DNA from: Rhizaria sp. SCN 62-66
Lineage: Eukaryota
Direction of reading: 5' to 3'
DNA: 64,000 bases
NCBI GenBank assembly: GCA_001724265.1
Contig: MEDY01000116.1
Span: 1-64,000, forward strand
A model generated the notes under the pieces. That model was given only the letters and a program-made list of their open reading frames with translations, was not told the origin of the DNA and searched no databases. The first letter of the stretch is position 1. Each line of letters begins with the position of its first letter. The position numbers were made by a program, and so were the translations under genes. Positions 1-13,700 of this stretch are shown here, one piece after another.

Positions 1-1717
1 ATGACGTCACTGAGTTTTATTCGTGTGAGTTGTGATGACTTAAGCGATAGCTCATTTTTTTGTTCGTGTGAGTTATAGTCCGCTCCCCCCCATACTACTA
101 TAATGATGGTGATGTGTGTTGGCCGAGTTGTTTGCTCTGGTGTAGCTGAGTTGAATGGAGAGTGTAACTCTCGCCTGGTAGGTTAACGACGCAGGATATG
201 AAGAGATGATATGTCTTTCGTGCTTTTAGTAAGCAGAAGGCGGTTTGTCTATTTTGTGTTCGTTTACGTTCGACTGGGGAGACAATTATCGTTCTCCACT
301 TGCTTTTCTCACGAGAATGAACAACGAAGTTTCATTTAAGTTGCATTGTTCAGTTTAAGTTTAGGTCAGATTTATTTGTTGGTTCGTTTTTTGTGTGTGT
401 CCTGTCTTTGGTATGTGTTTCTTAGTATCCTGTGTCTTGTCAAAGTCTATGCTCATGCCATGATTGTACTACTTTGCAAGAGAAAAACAAAAATGTTACG
501 TTGTATTTTATTTTGTGTCAGTGTGGTTAGCCTAGTCAGGTGTGGCGTCGCCGTTGTAGTTTTTCATCAAATCCCGTGTAATCTCAGTTGGTGAATCAGT
601 CAGTATTTCAATTTGCATCTGCGCAAGTGTTGTGGATGTATCTGTGTTATTTACGTCACTCGATTTTGACGTCATCTGTGTGTTCCGCTTACGCGAGCTT
701 CGGTGTTGTTTCCTCCACTGTTTATGGTGTGTATCTTTCGTTTGTTTCACTATTTTCAACAATCAAGTCAAGCACCACTTGCAGTGAAGGTAAATCAACA
801 CTTTCCTCCTTGTCTCATTCACTGTGTCCCACTTGTTCTTCTCTCAGTCGGTCTCATTTCTCGCCTGTGATTGAGATTGTTATCACACACTCCACACTTC
901 TAGCTGCAAACAGTGCATAAAGGCGTAATCTAGAATGTAATGTGACACGGCACGTGTGAGCGCGATTCCTGCGCTCCCTATTCACGCCGTTTTCACCCCT
1001 ATATTCGACGACAGGCTTTTTTAACGATGTTAATGCTAGGATTAGTGTGGTAACTCTGTGTCACCTCACCTTGGGCACACTCTGATGTTGCGAAAACTAC
1101 CGTTCTCACAACACAGTGCGCCGTCTCACCCTATCTTGAAAACATGCTTTCAATAACTATCAATACAACGATTTCAATTCTCTTTCTTTCGCATTTGCCA
1201 TGTCAGCTAGTCTTCTCAAAGGAACGAAACATATTTTTAAACAACACTGCACCTTATAAAGCAGTTATAAAGAATCCCACACGGGCCTAAAGCTTTACGA
1301 AACGAACATTTTTAAGAATTATTGTTTTTGTATTATAAGCGCAAAATGCATTCATTTCGCGTTATATGTTTGTAACACAATAGAATATAAAATAAAGTAA
1401 ACCCTTCCAACCAAATATTAGTTATAATAGTTGATTTTTGTTTTGTTTTCGTTCTCATTTCGAACTTTTTTCTTGTTGCTAAACTTTGCATTCCAACAAA
1501 CCAACACCCTTCCCGAACCATATAACCTAACTTAACCGAAACACCCATATCTCCATCCTGGTCGCTAAAGAAGAGACACTCGACTGCTTTGACTGCCATT
1601 GCTACCTCGTTTCAATAAATATTTCAAACAACAATCAAAACAAAGCGTCTCACCTCCCTCTTGCCGAAGACCAACACAACAAAACATCGTATACGAATTT
1701 AAGTGACGTTCTTTTGC

Positions 1718-4700
1718 TTACGCGTTGGCGGTCTTGCTGGCGAGCTTACTGGCGAGCACCTGCGCAATGGCGAGGTTCGCCTGCTGGCCCTTGGTGGCCT
1801 CAGCGATGATGCCCTCGGTGCGGGACTTGATGCGCGCCTGCAGCGCCTCATGGTCGATCCCCATGCGGACTGCGACATCGGGGGCGATCTTATACTCGCC
1901 GGACAGCACCTCATCGCGCGAGATGAAGCGGAGGCCGGACATGAGCACCTTAACGCGCTCATCACGGCTCTCCTGCTTGCGCGCGGCGTAGTAGCCAGCG
2001 GGCACGGCGGGGACTGAGACGTTGTAGCTGTCCATGTCGACGTACTCGCGGGGGTCCTTGCTTACCACGATGTTGGAGCCGGCAGCGTTCATGGGGTCGT
2101 GCGCGGCGAGCGGGGCGGCGTGCAGGAACATGTCCCGGCTGAAAACCTCAGGGCGGAACTCGTCCGTGATGCCCAGGTAAAGATTGAACGCGCGGTAGTT
2201 GACCTCGGCGTCGTTCTCAATCGCCGCGATGGGGGAGCCGGCGTGCGGCACGTCAGGGGACATGACCGTGTCGTCCTCGGCGGACCACCGCGTGAGGTCA
2301 GGGGTCGCGGTCTCACCGACAGCCTGCATACGGACAGCGACGCGGTCAACGAGCTGGGAGTCAAACGCAGTCGAGTAGTCGACGGGCTGGTTCTTGTCGA
2401 CAAAGAGTGACCGCACAGTGTCCTGGCCGAACTCCTGCTCCACGAGGCGCAGCGGGGCGGGCGTGTTGGGGAACGGGTGGCTGTTGACATGCTCTACCGT
2501 CGCAGCGGCGTCGGCCTCAGCCACGGTCATGCCGAGCTTCACACTGGGGCCCGTCACAGCCACCGCCTTGCCGTCGGCGTCCTTGAGCGCCACGGTGACC
2601 GTGGACGTGTACGTCGCGGCGGAGACCTCGGCGCGGGACATGACGCGCGCGTACTGCAGCGCCTGGCGCGCGTACGCGAGCTCCTGCAGCCCCATGGTGG
2701 CGAACACAGCGTCCTCGGGCAGGAAACGCGCGGCGGCGTCACTGGCAGCCGTGGCGGCGACGTTGGCCTTGGCGGAGGCGACCGAGGCCGAGATCTCCTC
2801 GGCGATGAGCGCGGACAGCTCAGCGCGCGGCGCCGGAGCCGTGGGGACGGCGGCGCCGCTCTGCTTCGACAGCGCGCGGCGACGCAGGTTGGCGAGGCGC
2901 TCGGCGATGGCAACCACGCGCTCGGCGGCCTGCACAGCGTCCGCGGTCTGGAGCTCGGGCGCGGCGGCCTCGGAGAGGAAGGCGACCTGGGCGGAGCGGA
3001 CCGCCAGGTCGAGCCGCTTGGCCTCGAACAGCGCGGCCTCGGAGGGCGCCAGGGCGGCACGGGCGAGAGGCAGCGCGGCGGCCGGGGACGCGGCCGTGGT
3101 GACTGAGTAGAGAATCGCGTCCAGGTCGGCGTCGCCCGTCGCTGCGGGGGTCTTAGCGGCGGCGGCGGCCGCAGTGGCAACCTCAACAGCCGGCGTCACA
3201 GCGGCAGCCGCGGCGGCGGCAGTTGCGGCGTCAGCGTCGAGAGCCTTGAGGACGAAGCGGTTCATCGCGACGCGGGCAGCGAGAGTGCGGACCGACGCGG
3301 CGTCCGGGGCGGGCGCTGGCAAGCGCAGGTCGAGCAGCGCAGTGAGGTTGGCCAGAGGGTCCGCGGAGCCCGCGGGGGGCTGCGCGGCGGCGAGGAGACT
3401 CGCCTCGGGCGCCTCGGCGGCGGCGGCGTCGGCCGCGGCAGCGGCCCGCGCGGCGGCGTCAACGGCCTCGAGCTTGGTCATGATCTCTCCGGGCACGGCC
3501 GAGTCGTCCTTGAACGCGCCCGCCGCGGCGGCGAGGCGGGCGTCGGCCATGAACCCCTCCATGTTGAAGTGCGTGACGTTGGGGTCCGTGTCGGGGGCAT
3601 GGAACCACTCCTTGGTGGACGCGGCCGCGGCAGAGCTCAGAATGACCTGCTTGAGCCCGGCGGGCGCGTGGGGCAGCGCGGCAATCAGAGTCAGCTCCGT
3701 CGCCGTCATCGGCTCATTGTTGCGGAAGCGAGTCAGCAGGGCCTGGACACCGGGGTTGGAGTCCACCGCGGCGGCCTCCTCGGCGGTGTAGCCGAAGGCG
3801 ATCCAGTCGACGACCTCCTTGTACACAGGGCTTGCACTCGCCACGGCACGGCGGAACGACTCGACGTCGGCGCCGGCGGCGATGGACTTGGTGATAACGG
3901 CGGGCAGCGTGGTGACGAGCTCGGCGATGGCCGCGTCCTCCGGGTTGACGCCCAGCGAGGCGGCGATGGCGCGCGCGGCCTCGAGCGGCGCCGTCGTGGG
4001 GATCTTGGTCGACAACGCCGGGGCCTCGAGGAACGCCGCCAAATCCGGGTTCGTGGCATTGAGGTACGCGTCCATGACCTTGCTCTCGTGGGCGGCCAAC
4101 AGCGTGCGGTCGATCATCGGCACGCCGAGGGCGTGGGTCGCGGTCACCGCGGGCACGGAGGCCGCGAGCTTGGCGATGAGCGCGGCGGGGGACAGCGCAC
4201 CCGCGGCCGTGGCGGCGGCGGACGCGGCGGCGGCGGCGGCATCGGACGCGTCGAGGCCGAGCGCGTCGACCTCGTCATTGCCGAGCTCGAGACGGGCCAG
4301 CTCCACGGCCATCGCTTCGGGCAGCCCGGCGACGCGCGCGAAGTGGCGGTAGAAGTGACGGAGCTGCAGACGGAGGTACTCGACACGGCGCGGGTTGAAG
4401 CCGCAGAACCGGACCACGCGGGCGGCGTGCGTGGTGAGCTTGGCCTGGTGGAGCTGCGCGGTGAGATTCGGGATAAAACGGCCCTCGAGCGCGGCGGCGT
4501 CCATGAGGTCGACGCGGCGCAGCTGGCAGTAGCTGAGGAAACGCGTGACCAGACCGAGGTCGAGCAGAGGGTCCTGAGCCAGCGCGTCAGCGGACGCGAC
4601 GTCGGCGGCGCTGGTGGCCTTAGACATGAGCGCCTGGAGCTGCGACAGCGTCTCCTTGCTGCTCACATCGAGCGGGACGCCGCGGAGCATGACGACGTTG

Positions 4701-7367
4701 TTGTCGGCAACAGCCTCGCGGCCGTCAGGCAGCACGCGGAAGCGGCCCTCGACCTCGCCGAGCGCCTCGGCAACGGCCAGGTCGTTGGACGGAGGGCCGT
4801 TGGTGGTGGACAACGCGGCCAGCGCGGCGGGGAGGTTCTCGGCGGCGATGCGGGCGTCGCGAGTGAGGCCGGCCATGTGCGCGGCCTCGACCTGGAGCCC
4901 GAACCGCTTGAGGGTGTCGTAGGCAGCGGCCTCGGTGATGAGGTCGCCCGAGGACTGGGTGAGCAGGTAGAGCCGCTTCTGGTTGGGGCCGAGCGAGTCG
5001 GAGATGCGGCCCAGCAGCTCGCGCGTCGACAGCGCCATCTCGGCCCAGAGCTTCTCCACGGGGATGTAGGGCGCGGCGACGTCGAGGGCCTCCTCACCGG
5101 GTGCGACGTCTTCGTCAACGAAGGAATCATACGAGGGCACTTCCGTCACACTCGCGTTAGAGCGGAACGCGTCGGCGATGCTGTCCGCGCCCAACGGCGT
5201 TGCGAGCTCGCATTCGCCGAGCAGCTTGCCGTCGATCTGCTCCTGCTGGTACATTGTCTCGGAGAGACGGTCCATCTGCTTCTGCAGACGCGCCACCGTC
5301 TGGGGCTGGAACGGCTCGACGCCCTCGGCCGAGGGGAAAAGCACGTACCCCCAGTACTTCTCGAAGAAGGCCATGTTGTTCACAGCGGCGCGCCACGTCG
5401 CGCGGTCGCCAGTGACGTTCTTGAACTCCTCGAGGGGCTCGTACAGCGGGTAGGGGTGCGCGCCGACCGGCGGGGTGACCGTGAGCGGGACTACGGGCCG
5501 GGAGATGAGCTCGGCGTGGGCGCGCCCACGGGCGGGGACGACGTCCGAGAGGTCGAGGTCCTTGGCGCCCGCGGGGAGGTCGAAGAAGCGCGCCACAGCG
5601 GCCTCGGGCACGTCCTTGACGGACTTGTGCGCCCACTGGGGCTTCCCGTCCTTGGTGATGAGCAGGGAGGTGACGCCTGCGGTGAAGTCGGGGTTGGTCA
5701 TCATGTTCTGCGCGAGACGGAACTCCTGGGTGAGGCACTCGGCGAGGTCGAGCTTGGAGCCGCGCTGGAGCTGCTCGAAGGTGATCTTGAGCGACAGAGG
5801 GGACATCTTGCCCAGGGTGCGGATCGTCTCCTAAAGCAATGCGAGTGAATTTAAGATATAGGGAAACAATTAATGAGATTAATTATGAAAATATGATACC
5901 GGTAATAGAAAATAAATTTCGATACAAATGAAGTTCATTATAGGGCTACGAGAAGAACATGGGAGGGTTTCTCAGACTTCCTCTCAGCAGCAGCACGTTA
6001 GCTTAGAGATTGTAGTTTCTGACGTACCTGAGCGAAGGCGGCGTCGCGGCCCGTCTCGGCGTTAAGCGCCTCGATGATCTGCTCGACGGAGCCCTTGGTG
6101 AAGCAACGCGCGATGCAGTCCATGTGCTTCTCCAGAGTAAAGGCCGGGAGCAGCTCCTGGGGCTGGGAGACAGAGCCCAGAGCACGGTAGACGTAGTCGG
6201 CCGTCTCGTGGCCGTCGTTGAGCTTGTTGTAGAGGTTGTCGAACTCGTGGTTGTACGCAAAGTGCGTGGCGACACCGGCGTGAACCAGGTCCGCGCCCTT
6301 GAGGCGGGCGGAGGTGAGCGCGAGATACATGCCCAGACCGGGGTCGAGACGGGGCAGGAAGTGAGAACCACCAACATCGGGGAAGAAGCCGATCGTGGTC
6401 TCGGGCATGGCGAAGAGGGACTGCTCGGTGGCCACGCGGACGCGGTTGTGGACAGAGATGCCGACGCCGCCGCCCATGACAATGCCGTTGTACCACGGGA
6501 TGTAGGGCTTGGAGAGCTTCGACGTCATGTAGTCGAGGCGGTACTCGTCGCGGAAGAAACCGACGAAACGCTGGTAGGCGTCACCGTCGCCCTTCTGGGC
6601 GCGCGCGGCGTCCTTAGCGATGGAGACGATGTCGCCACCGGCGCAGAAGGCCTTGGCGCCGGCGCCGCGGACGAGGATGGACTGGCAGACCTGGTTCTCC
6701 TCGTCGGACTGATCGCGTTTTAGCAGAGCGATTGTAGAGGGGCAAGAAAATGGGATAATAGGGAAATACAAGTAGAAAAAGGTAGATTAGTGGGTTAGGT
6801 GATGTGAAAGTGTAGAAACATGACGAGTCAGGCACATGAAGGGCGTTGGTATGCGTCCGAAATGAAAGCAGCTGGGGCGCGAGCGAAGTAGTGGACATAC
6901 CTGAAGGCGGGGAAGCATCCACTTGACCATGTTGTGGTTCAGCGCGTTAAGCTGCTTGGGGCGGTTGAGCGTGATGGTGCGGGTGGTGGCATAGAAGGTC
7001 TGGTAGCACTCACCCTGTGGCGTGGGAAGGGGCAGAGCGAACGAAGGACAGAGGCAGGTGGTGGGTTGACGGGAGCAGTTGGAAGAGAAGAATGGGAAAG
7101 GAAATATGAGGACGATGCTCGTGCAGGGAAAAATCAGGAGGCTAGAAATAGAGACCTACATCGATAAGAAATCTTGTGGAAAGAGGGTGTCGCTATTCAA
7201 AGAAGGGTTGGGGTGGAACGTACATCGTCACTGAGCATCTCATGCTCAAGGTTCTCGCACTGCGGCGTCCGGTTATTGTTGATCGCCCGGAGCGGTGCAG
7301 ACGCAACAGGGGCCACAGGAATGATACGCCTGGGCACCCGCGCCAATGACGAACGTGCACTGAACAT
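1718..7367 (-). CDS. HIBCH: 3-hydroxyisobutyryl-CoA hydrolase (crotonase family; HIBCH/Ehd3/mS47-like) with mitochondrial-type presequence and ~1,280-aa C-terminal extension; 4 exons (7367-7224, 7014-6901, 6708-6028, 5830-1718), ~1,683 aa
   Basis: Motifs TITLNRPKQLNALN, KAFCAGGD, FFRDEY, GIVMGGGVGIS, FAMPETTIGFFPDVGGSHFLPRL and SPLSLKIT...EFRLA...PDF..GV..LLI.KD..P.W. Three GT-AG introns join the exons in frame. N-terminus MFSARSSLARVPRR is Arg/Ser-rich. Confidence 0.9.
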
Positions 7368-7722
7368 TACAGTCCTGAACACAGATTTCGCGGTCGTCAA
7401 AATCGTCTCGACGCCTGGCTCATTATCACTCTCTCTGTGGGGCCTCGCTGCCCGCCGCACCGCCAAGCATTTTCTGGGTCGACTTTTTACGAACCGCGAG
7501 CTCAGTTGCACACGGTCATCTAGCTCGACTCCAACGGCTAGAAAGCAGCGGCCATATTCATTTCGAGTCGCTACTGCCGTGTGTTCGCATCACGTTAAAA
7601 TATAATTAACAGATAAGGAATATAGTGTACTTTTAGCTGATGAATTGCTTTTAAAATTTCTGTTCACGGAACTTTGTCTCCAGGAGTCGCACCTTTCTGG
7701 TTTGCGAAACAGTGTCGACCGC

Positions 7723-10700
7723 ATGGAGGCCAAACTCACCTCCCTCATCGGCGAGATCACCGCTTTCTCCCACTGGTGCAACCTCCCGCGCGCCGACGAC
7801 CCCGCGCCACCTCCCGCGCGGCCGCAGCCGCCCGAGTCACAGTTAGTGGCTGTTGAACGAGATCTCGACGCTTCTCTGGCGTCCCTCTCCCTGACTCACT
7901 CGGCAGCCTTCCACAGGCTCATTGCCGACCGGCAGCTCAAGGCGCGCGCAGCGGTGCAGCACTACGCCGTCGCGCTCCCTCCCGTAGAGGCAGCGCCGGT
8001 GACGGCGGCACACGGCCCGGCGGTTGCGTATGGTCCCGCACAGTCCCGGTATCCCACTGCGGCTACTGCACCGAGTAGTGTCGCAGCCTCGACCTATGCT
8101 TCTGCGAACAGTCATAGCTACAACTCTCAAGCGAGTGACCACTCTGCGAACACGAGTGCCGCGCATGCGGACGTGATACGCACACTCGAAGCGTCGTTGA
8201 CACAGGCGGTCAACAATGCTCTCCATAGCTCACTTCTCAACACCTCCACAACGACAGCGGCTGCGGCGACTGTACCTGCCTTTGCCGCTCCTACGGCGAC
8301 TGTAACCCCAGCTCCTATGGCGTCATCTAATATCCACGTGTCTAATGTGGCGCCGCTGACTGCGCCGCGTCCCGTTACCAGCTACGGCTTAACATCCGCC
8401 TACGACGGCTTACACTCCGAACCGGTACACGTGCTGCAACAGCAGCTCACAGTCACTCCACTCGCAGCTGCCACTGCTGCTGCCCCTGCCTCTGCTCACG
8501 GCAATGGTGGCTACACTGTGCGAGCGACAGAGCCGCCGTTGCCACGTACTTTGAGACAGCGGTGGGCTCTACCAGAGTCGCAGTCTGCTACAACGACTAA
8601 TAACACTCATGTGGCCATAACTAGCACTAAAACTGGCGCAAACTACGTTCATACGAGCAATAACGGTGTCAGCATGACCGCGCATGCTGCGTCTGTGTTA
8701 ACCCCCGCATCTATGCCTGGCTTTGGCCCTGTTCCTATCAGCGTTTCTCCCTCTGTCGCTGCTCCTCGCGGTCCCAACGCCGCCGCCACCGCTGCGTACA
8801 GCGGTGCTCCTGACGCGATGAAAGACACCGGTGTGTTGCCACTGCTGACAATGACCGAGTTCAAGCAAGGTTTCAACGCTGTTTTACGTCCCCACCCCTC
8901 CAGCTCGCAGTCATTGCAGCCCTCCGGCTGCTCACAGTCAGTGTTCTCTGACCCACAGTCGTCGGTGTCGATTGCCGGTCTCAATGCACACACGCCCGCA
9001 TTCGCCACTGCTGTCACTCTGCCGTCTCATAACGGCAGCACACAGTCGCAGTTGCATTATGATGGGTTTGTACACTCGACGTTTTCGTCCCACCCACGCT
9101 CGCAGTCGCAGTCTGCCGTCACTGTGAACAGTTGTTGCTTGCATGCGGCAGCGCAAGCGCAGTTCCAGCAAGCCGACGCGTCTCAGAGCAGTCTACGCAA
9201 CTCGACGAGGGTCAACGATCCTGCAACTACAGGTAGCGGTCGTGGTGATGATGCTGCTGCTGCTGCTGCGCCGTCGTCGATGACTGTGGAGCTATCGGCA
9301 AAGGCGGCGCGGGCAATTGCAGCGGCCGCAGAGGTGTGGCGTCGGTCAGCTCCTGCAGTCGCCGCTCACGGTCACTCTGCAGGTGCTCACGGCCACGGTG
9401 ATGACTCTGAGACTAACGCTGCTCACAGTCACTTTCGCGTGAATGTGAATGCGCAGTCTCAGCAGACAGTCAACGATCACTCTAGTCAGACTCTTAGCAG
9501 GAACATTGTCGTGGGCAATATCAGTAACTCGTCGCTTGATGCTGACACTGCTGCTGTTGTTCCAGCTAGTACTTTAGCTGTTGCCGAGACTGCTGAAGAC
9601 GCTGAGAGCAAAGAGCGTCTGATGCGCTGCGCTCACGCCGCGGCGATCTATTTCCTGCGGACAGTTCTGAAGGAGGGCACTGCAATCAACAACAATAGCA
9701 TTGATACCACTAAAAACAGCAACAACAACACCAACAATAACGACAACACCAACAACACGAACGGCACTGATCACGCTGCGACTGGTGCTACAAACAAGGA
9801 CAACTCAGTCGCCTTGAGCGCGGCGAAGCCTGGGGCAGCCACTCATGATGTTCGTGCTATTGAGACTGTTGCAGTGAGCTCTGCTGCGGCAGAGAATGTC
9901 ACGCGGCACACTGCGAGTAAGCACGTGTGCCCGGTGCATGGTGCTAGTGATAGCACTGCTCACGGTCACTTTGCTGCTCACGGTCACAACTCAAGTCACG
10001 TTCTGGGGAGTGGTAGCAGTCATGGCTGCAGTAACCGCACTCGCTGTCGCGGTATTGATTCACACAGTAACAGCGCCAACAACAACAACAACAATAGCTG
10101 CCATAACTGTGACCGTCCTCGTGACCGTATTCAAGAGCAAAATAGCTCAGACTGCGACGCTGGTGGCACGAGTGCAACCGAGACGTCTCACAGTAGTGAC
10201 GACAAGAGTTACCCTGAGAGTGATAACATGAGCCGCAGCCACAGCCACCTCCGCCGCCGCCGTCACCGTCGCAGCGGCCGCGCCCACAAGCATGGCCGTG
10301 GCCGTGACGGTGGGCAGCATCGCTGCAGTGATCGTGGACAGCAGCAGCAGCAGCAGTGGGGTGACCCTGAGCAGAATGAACGTGAACAGCAGCAACGACA
10401 TGAACATACGCGTATTGAGATTTCGCGTGATGGCAACGTCACAGCAACCACGTCAACTGCTGCGCCCAATGCCCACGGACACGGTCGCTGTCACGACTAC
10501 GGACACGGCCACAGTCGTAACACCAGTCTTCACGACAATAGCAGTCGCTCCGCAGTCATTGTTAGTCAAACAAAGTCTGCTGACGTCAAATCCAACGCCA
10601 GCATCTGTTCGAGCGCTAACAAGCCGCCGATTGCATCTGCCACTGTGGCTGAGCCTCAACACAACGATAATTTTGACTCTGACACTGACACTAACTTGCA

Positions 10701-13700
10701 CATTGACTCCACCTCTAACGCCGAGCAAGCACCGCCAGTCGACACTGCTGCCTGCACCACCTCTGCCTCTGTAGTTGCGACCGCAACCCCAGAGACTGAA
10801 GCTCCCGGTCTAGCCTCGGTCGCGGCGGCCGCAGCCCTGACGACGCCTCTGCGCCGCTATGCCAACGGCCGGACACCGCCATCATCCTCCTGTATCCCTT
10901 ACACCACCGCCACTCAGCCGCATTCACATACGAGTGTTGGCGGAGCACAGCCACAGCAAAACGCACGGTCACGGACGGCCTTTGGCGGTGCTATGGCGTC
11001 TGCGTTGCTACAGTCGCCGCCGTTACACACGCCCGCGCGGCCCCGTACCTCTGGCGGCAATGTAAGTACCCCATTAGACCGCCGGCCTGACTGGCGAAGT
11101 ATCCTTGATGAGTCGCCCCCCGTCTCTGACCGCCGTGACGTTGGCACTATCAATGACAACAATACTAACAACAATGATAATAACGATGGCAGCCGTGGTA
11201 AGACCGCTAACGCGGTCGGATACTCCAATACTGGTGTTGTTATCGACAAGAATTGTGAGTATATTCTCCCCAATGCCTGGAGTAACCACAAGCACGCTCA
11301 CAACGCGTCGCAGGCATTCACTGCTGAGAGCGCACAGTCACTCTCCGCGGCAGCCCCCGTCGCCCGCAACCGAGCCGCTGCTACCGCGGACTCAGCCGCC
11401 AACACAGGGCCTTTCACCCGCGCGTTCACCGCAAAGCAAGCCTCTCACGGCGATGATCATAGCAAGGCTACTGCTAACGGTGTCCACAACCGCAGCGACA
11501 GTGCGCAACGCAATGCTGATAGCGTCAATGCTGTCTCTCGCGCTGCGGATAGATCGATTGTCGCTGCCATGGGTGCAGCACAAAACAGCAGCAACAACAA
11601 CAACAACAACGACAACAACAGGAGTCGCAGTCGTAGCCGTAATGGTCGCATCGCACTTGCGAACAGGCCTCCGTTCGCTGTGGCCTCTGCCGCCGCCCCT
11701 TTGCCCGCCGCTGCGCCCTCCCTGCCTTCCCGGTCAAAATCTCGCCCCCGCACCACCGTTGACAGTAACCACGCGTCGCGGTTGCTGAAGCCCACTGCCT
11801 GCCAGCTGAGCCGCGCCACCGCTGTCCGCGACTCGGTGCTCTCCGCCCGGGCCGCCGCCGCCGCCGAGGCCGAGGCCGCTGCCGCCGCCGCTGACCGGGC
11901 AGCGGCTGCGCGGGCGCTGCCTGGGATGCGGCGCCAGCGGCCTCATAACACGGCTGACACCACAACGACTGCGCATTCGTACTCTTTGTCCCAGTCGCAC
12001 TTGCCTGCTCAGACACAGTCTCACTCTCAGTATCAGACCCGTGCGTCAAGTGCCACGACCGGTTGGACCGGAGCCGGTCTGACTCACGGCTTGGCTGGTG
12101 CCAGTAGGAGTGGCGGTGTAATGGGATCAACAACAGCAGGATTTGACGTGACCGACGCGAGGAGCAGTGGCGGAGTGTCGGGGGGTTCTGTGGCCGACAC
12201 GCGGGGAGTGACCGTGATCAGGGGTGAGATTCACCGGGGCCGCCGCGAGGCTGCTGTTTCCGTGAACGCTAGCGCTGTCACCGCAAATACCGCCGCTCTC
12301 TCTCATGTTGCTGTGGCGAATACGGCTGCTGCGACGTCGACGGCATTGCCTCACGGCCCCAGTCATCCGGTGGCCAACACTCGCAGTGTGAAGAACGCCG
12401 TGAATCATACCACATTTGCTGATGATAGTAATAGTACTGTCTCTCAAGCTCCTGTCTCTGCCTCAGTGGCCGCTCCAGTGCATACCTCAGTTCCTCCCTC
12501 AAAAACCGCAAGTGCCTCTGCTGTCCCTCTGGCCACCCCAGTGACTGCCGCCGCTCTGAGCGCCGTCAGTGACACCGCCGCGACCTTAAGAGCAGCTGAG
12601 CGGTTGACCGCCCGCGCCGCGCGCCGCCAACTCCACAGCAGTGAGTTCGGCTCCTTCCTACGCAGTGCGAAACTGGCGGGTGCGCAGAGGGCTCGTGCTG
12701 TGGCCGCAGTTGTCCAACAAGCCTCAGCAGCCTCTGCAGCAGCGTCAACAGGAGCATCAACTGCGATGGCAACAGGGGCGTATTTAGGCGGCGGCGTGGG
12801 AGGGTACTTAGAGCTTGACAGTGAGCAAGCCTACTTAGCCGCAACTGCCAATGATAATGCAGCTGTAAGTGTCCCGCCTCACCACGCGTTTGCACAGCTG
12901 CGTCTGTCGCAGCAGCAGCAGCGCCAACAGCTCACAGAGCTTGAGCAGCAGCGCGAGCTTGAGCAGCAGCGGCGACTGCAAGCGCGTTTGGAAGATGAGC
13001 AGACGCGGCGCATGGTCGGCCCTGGTGCCGCTGCGCTGCTGAACGCGCGGCACCGGCGCAACAACAGCGGCCACGGCCAGGGCTACAGTGCGGGTAGCAG
13101 CAGAGAGAATGATGATATGCTTGACTACGGCGGCGAGTATAACACTGGTAGCTATGATAGTGCGAGTGATACTTCTTCGCCGGTTGTGAGTGCCAAAGCC
13201 GGTGTACTGGCGAGTGAGGGCGAAAGCAAAGAAGCCACTCCTCCTCATTACTCCCAGTCACTCTACCCGTCATCGCAACCGGAGTTACAACAACAGCAGC
13301 ACTTGCAGCAACTGCAAATGAACCCAGCTTTTACTGTCAGTAGCAACGTGCAGCCCTCCATTCACATGTACACTCGACAACAGCCGTTGCTTGCGAGAGG
13401 CAATACACTCCCCGGTGTAAGTACCTCTCTTTGGTCCGGTCTAACTACCCCCTTAGAGTCTGGCGTGGCACTGAGAAACGAGCAAGAGCAGCGGTGGCAG
13501 CTGCAGCAGCAAGAATGGGAAGGGCAGTGGCAACAACAGCAACAACAACAGCAGCCGGAGCAGCAGCAGCATCAGCAACTGTATGCATCTGCCATTAGGC
13601 AAGCTCCTGTGACCACGAATCTGCCTCATGCGTATGTCTCAACGCTTGTGCCTCTGCCTGCGACAGTACCAGTGCCCGCCTCTGCATACAGTCACGCATA

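Noticed and set aside
1-1700. Short ORFs and a protein-like minus-strand stretch (about 530-920)
   Set aside because: Interrupted by TAA, TGA and TAG stops with no recognisable motif. It may be decayed coding or transposon sequence, but that cannot be supported.
3569-5848. 759-aa plus-strand ORF and other long antisense ORFs (58272-61088, 53238-54290, 62949-63995, 55999-56871)
   Set aside because: Shadow ORFs produced by high GC3 codon bias on the opposite strand of recognisable genes.
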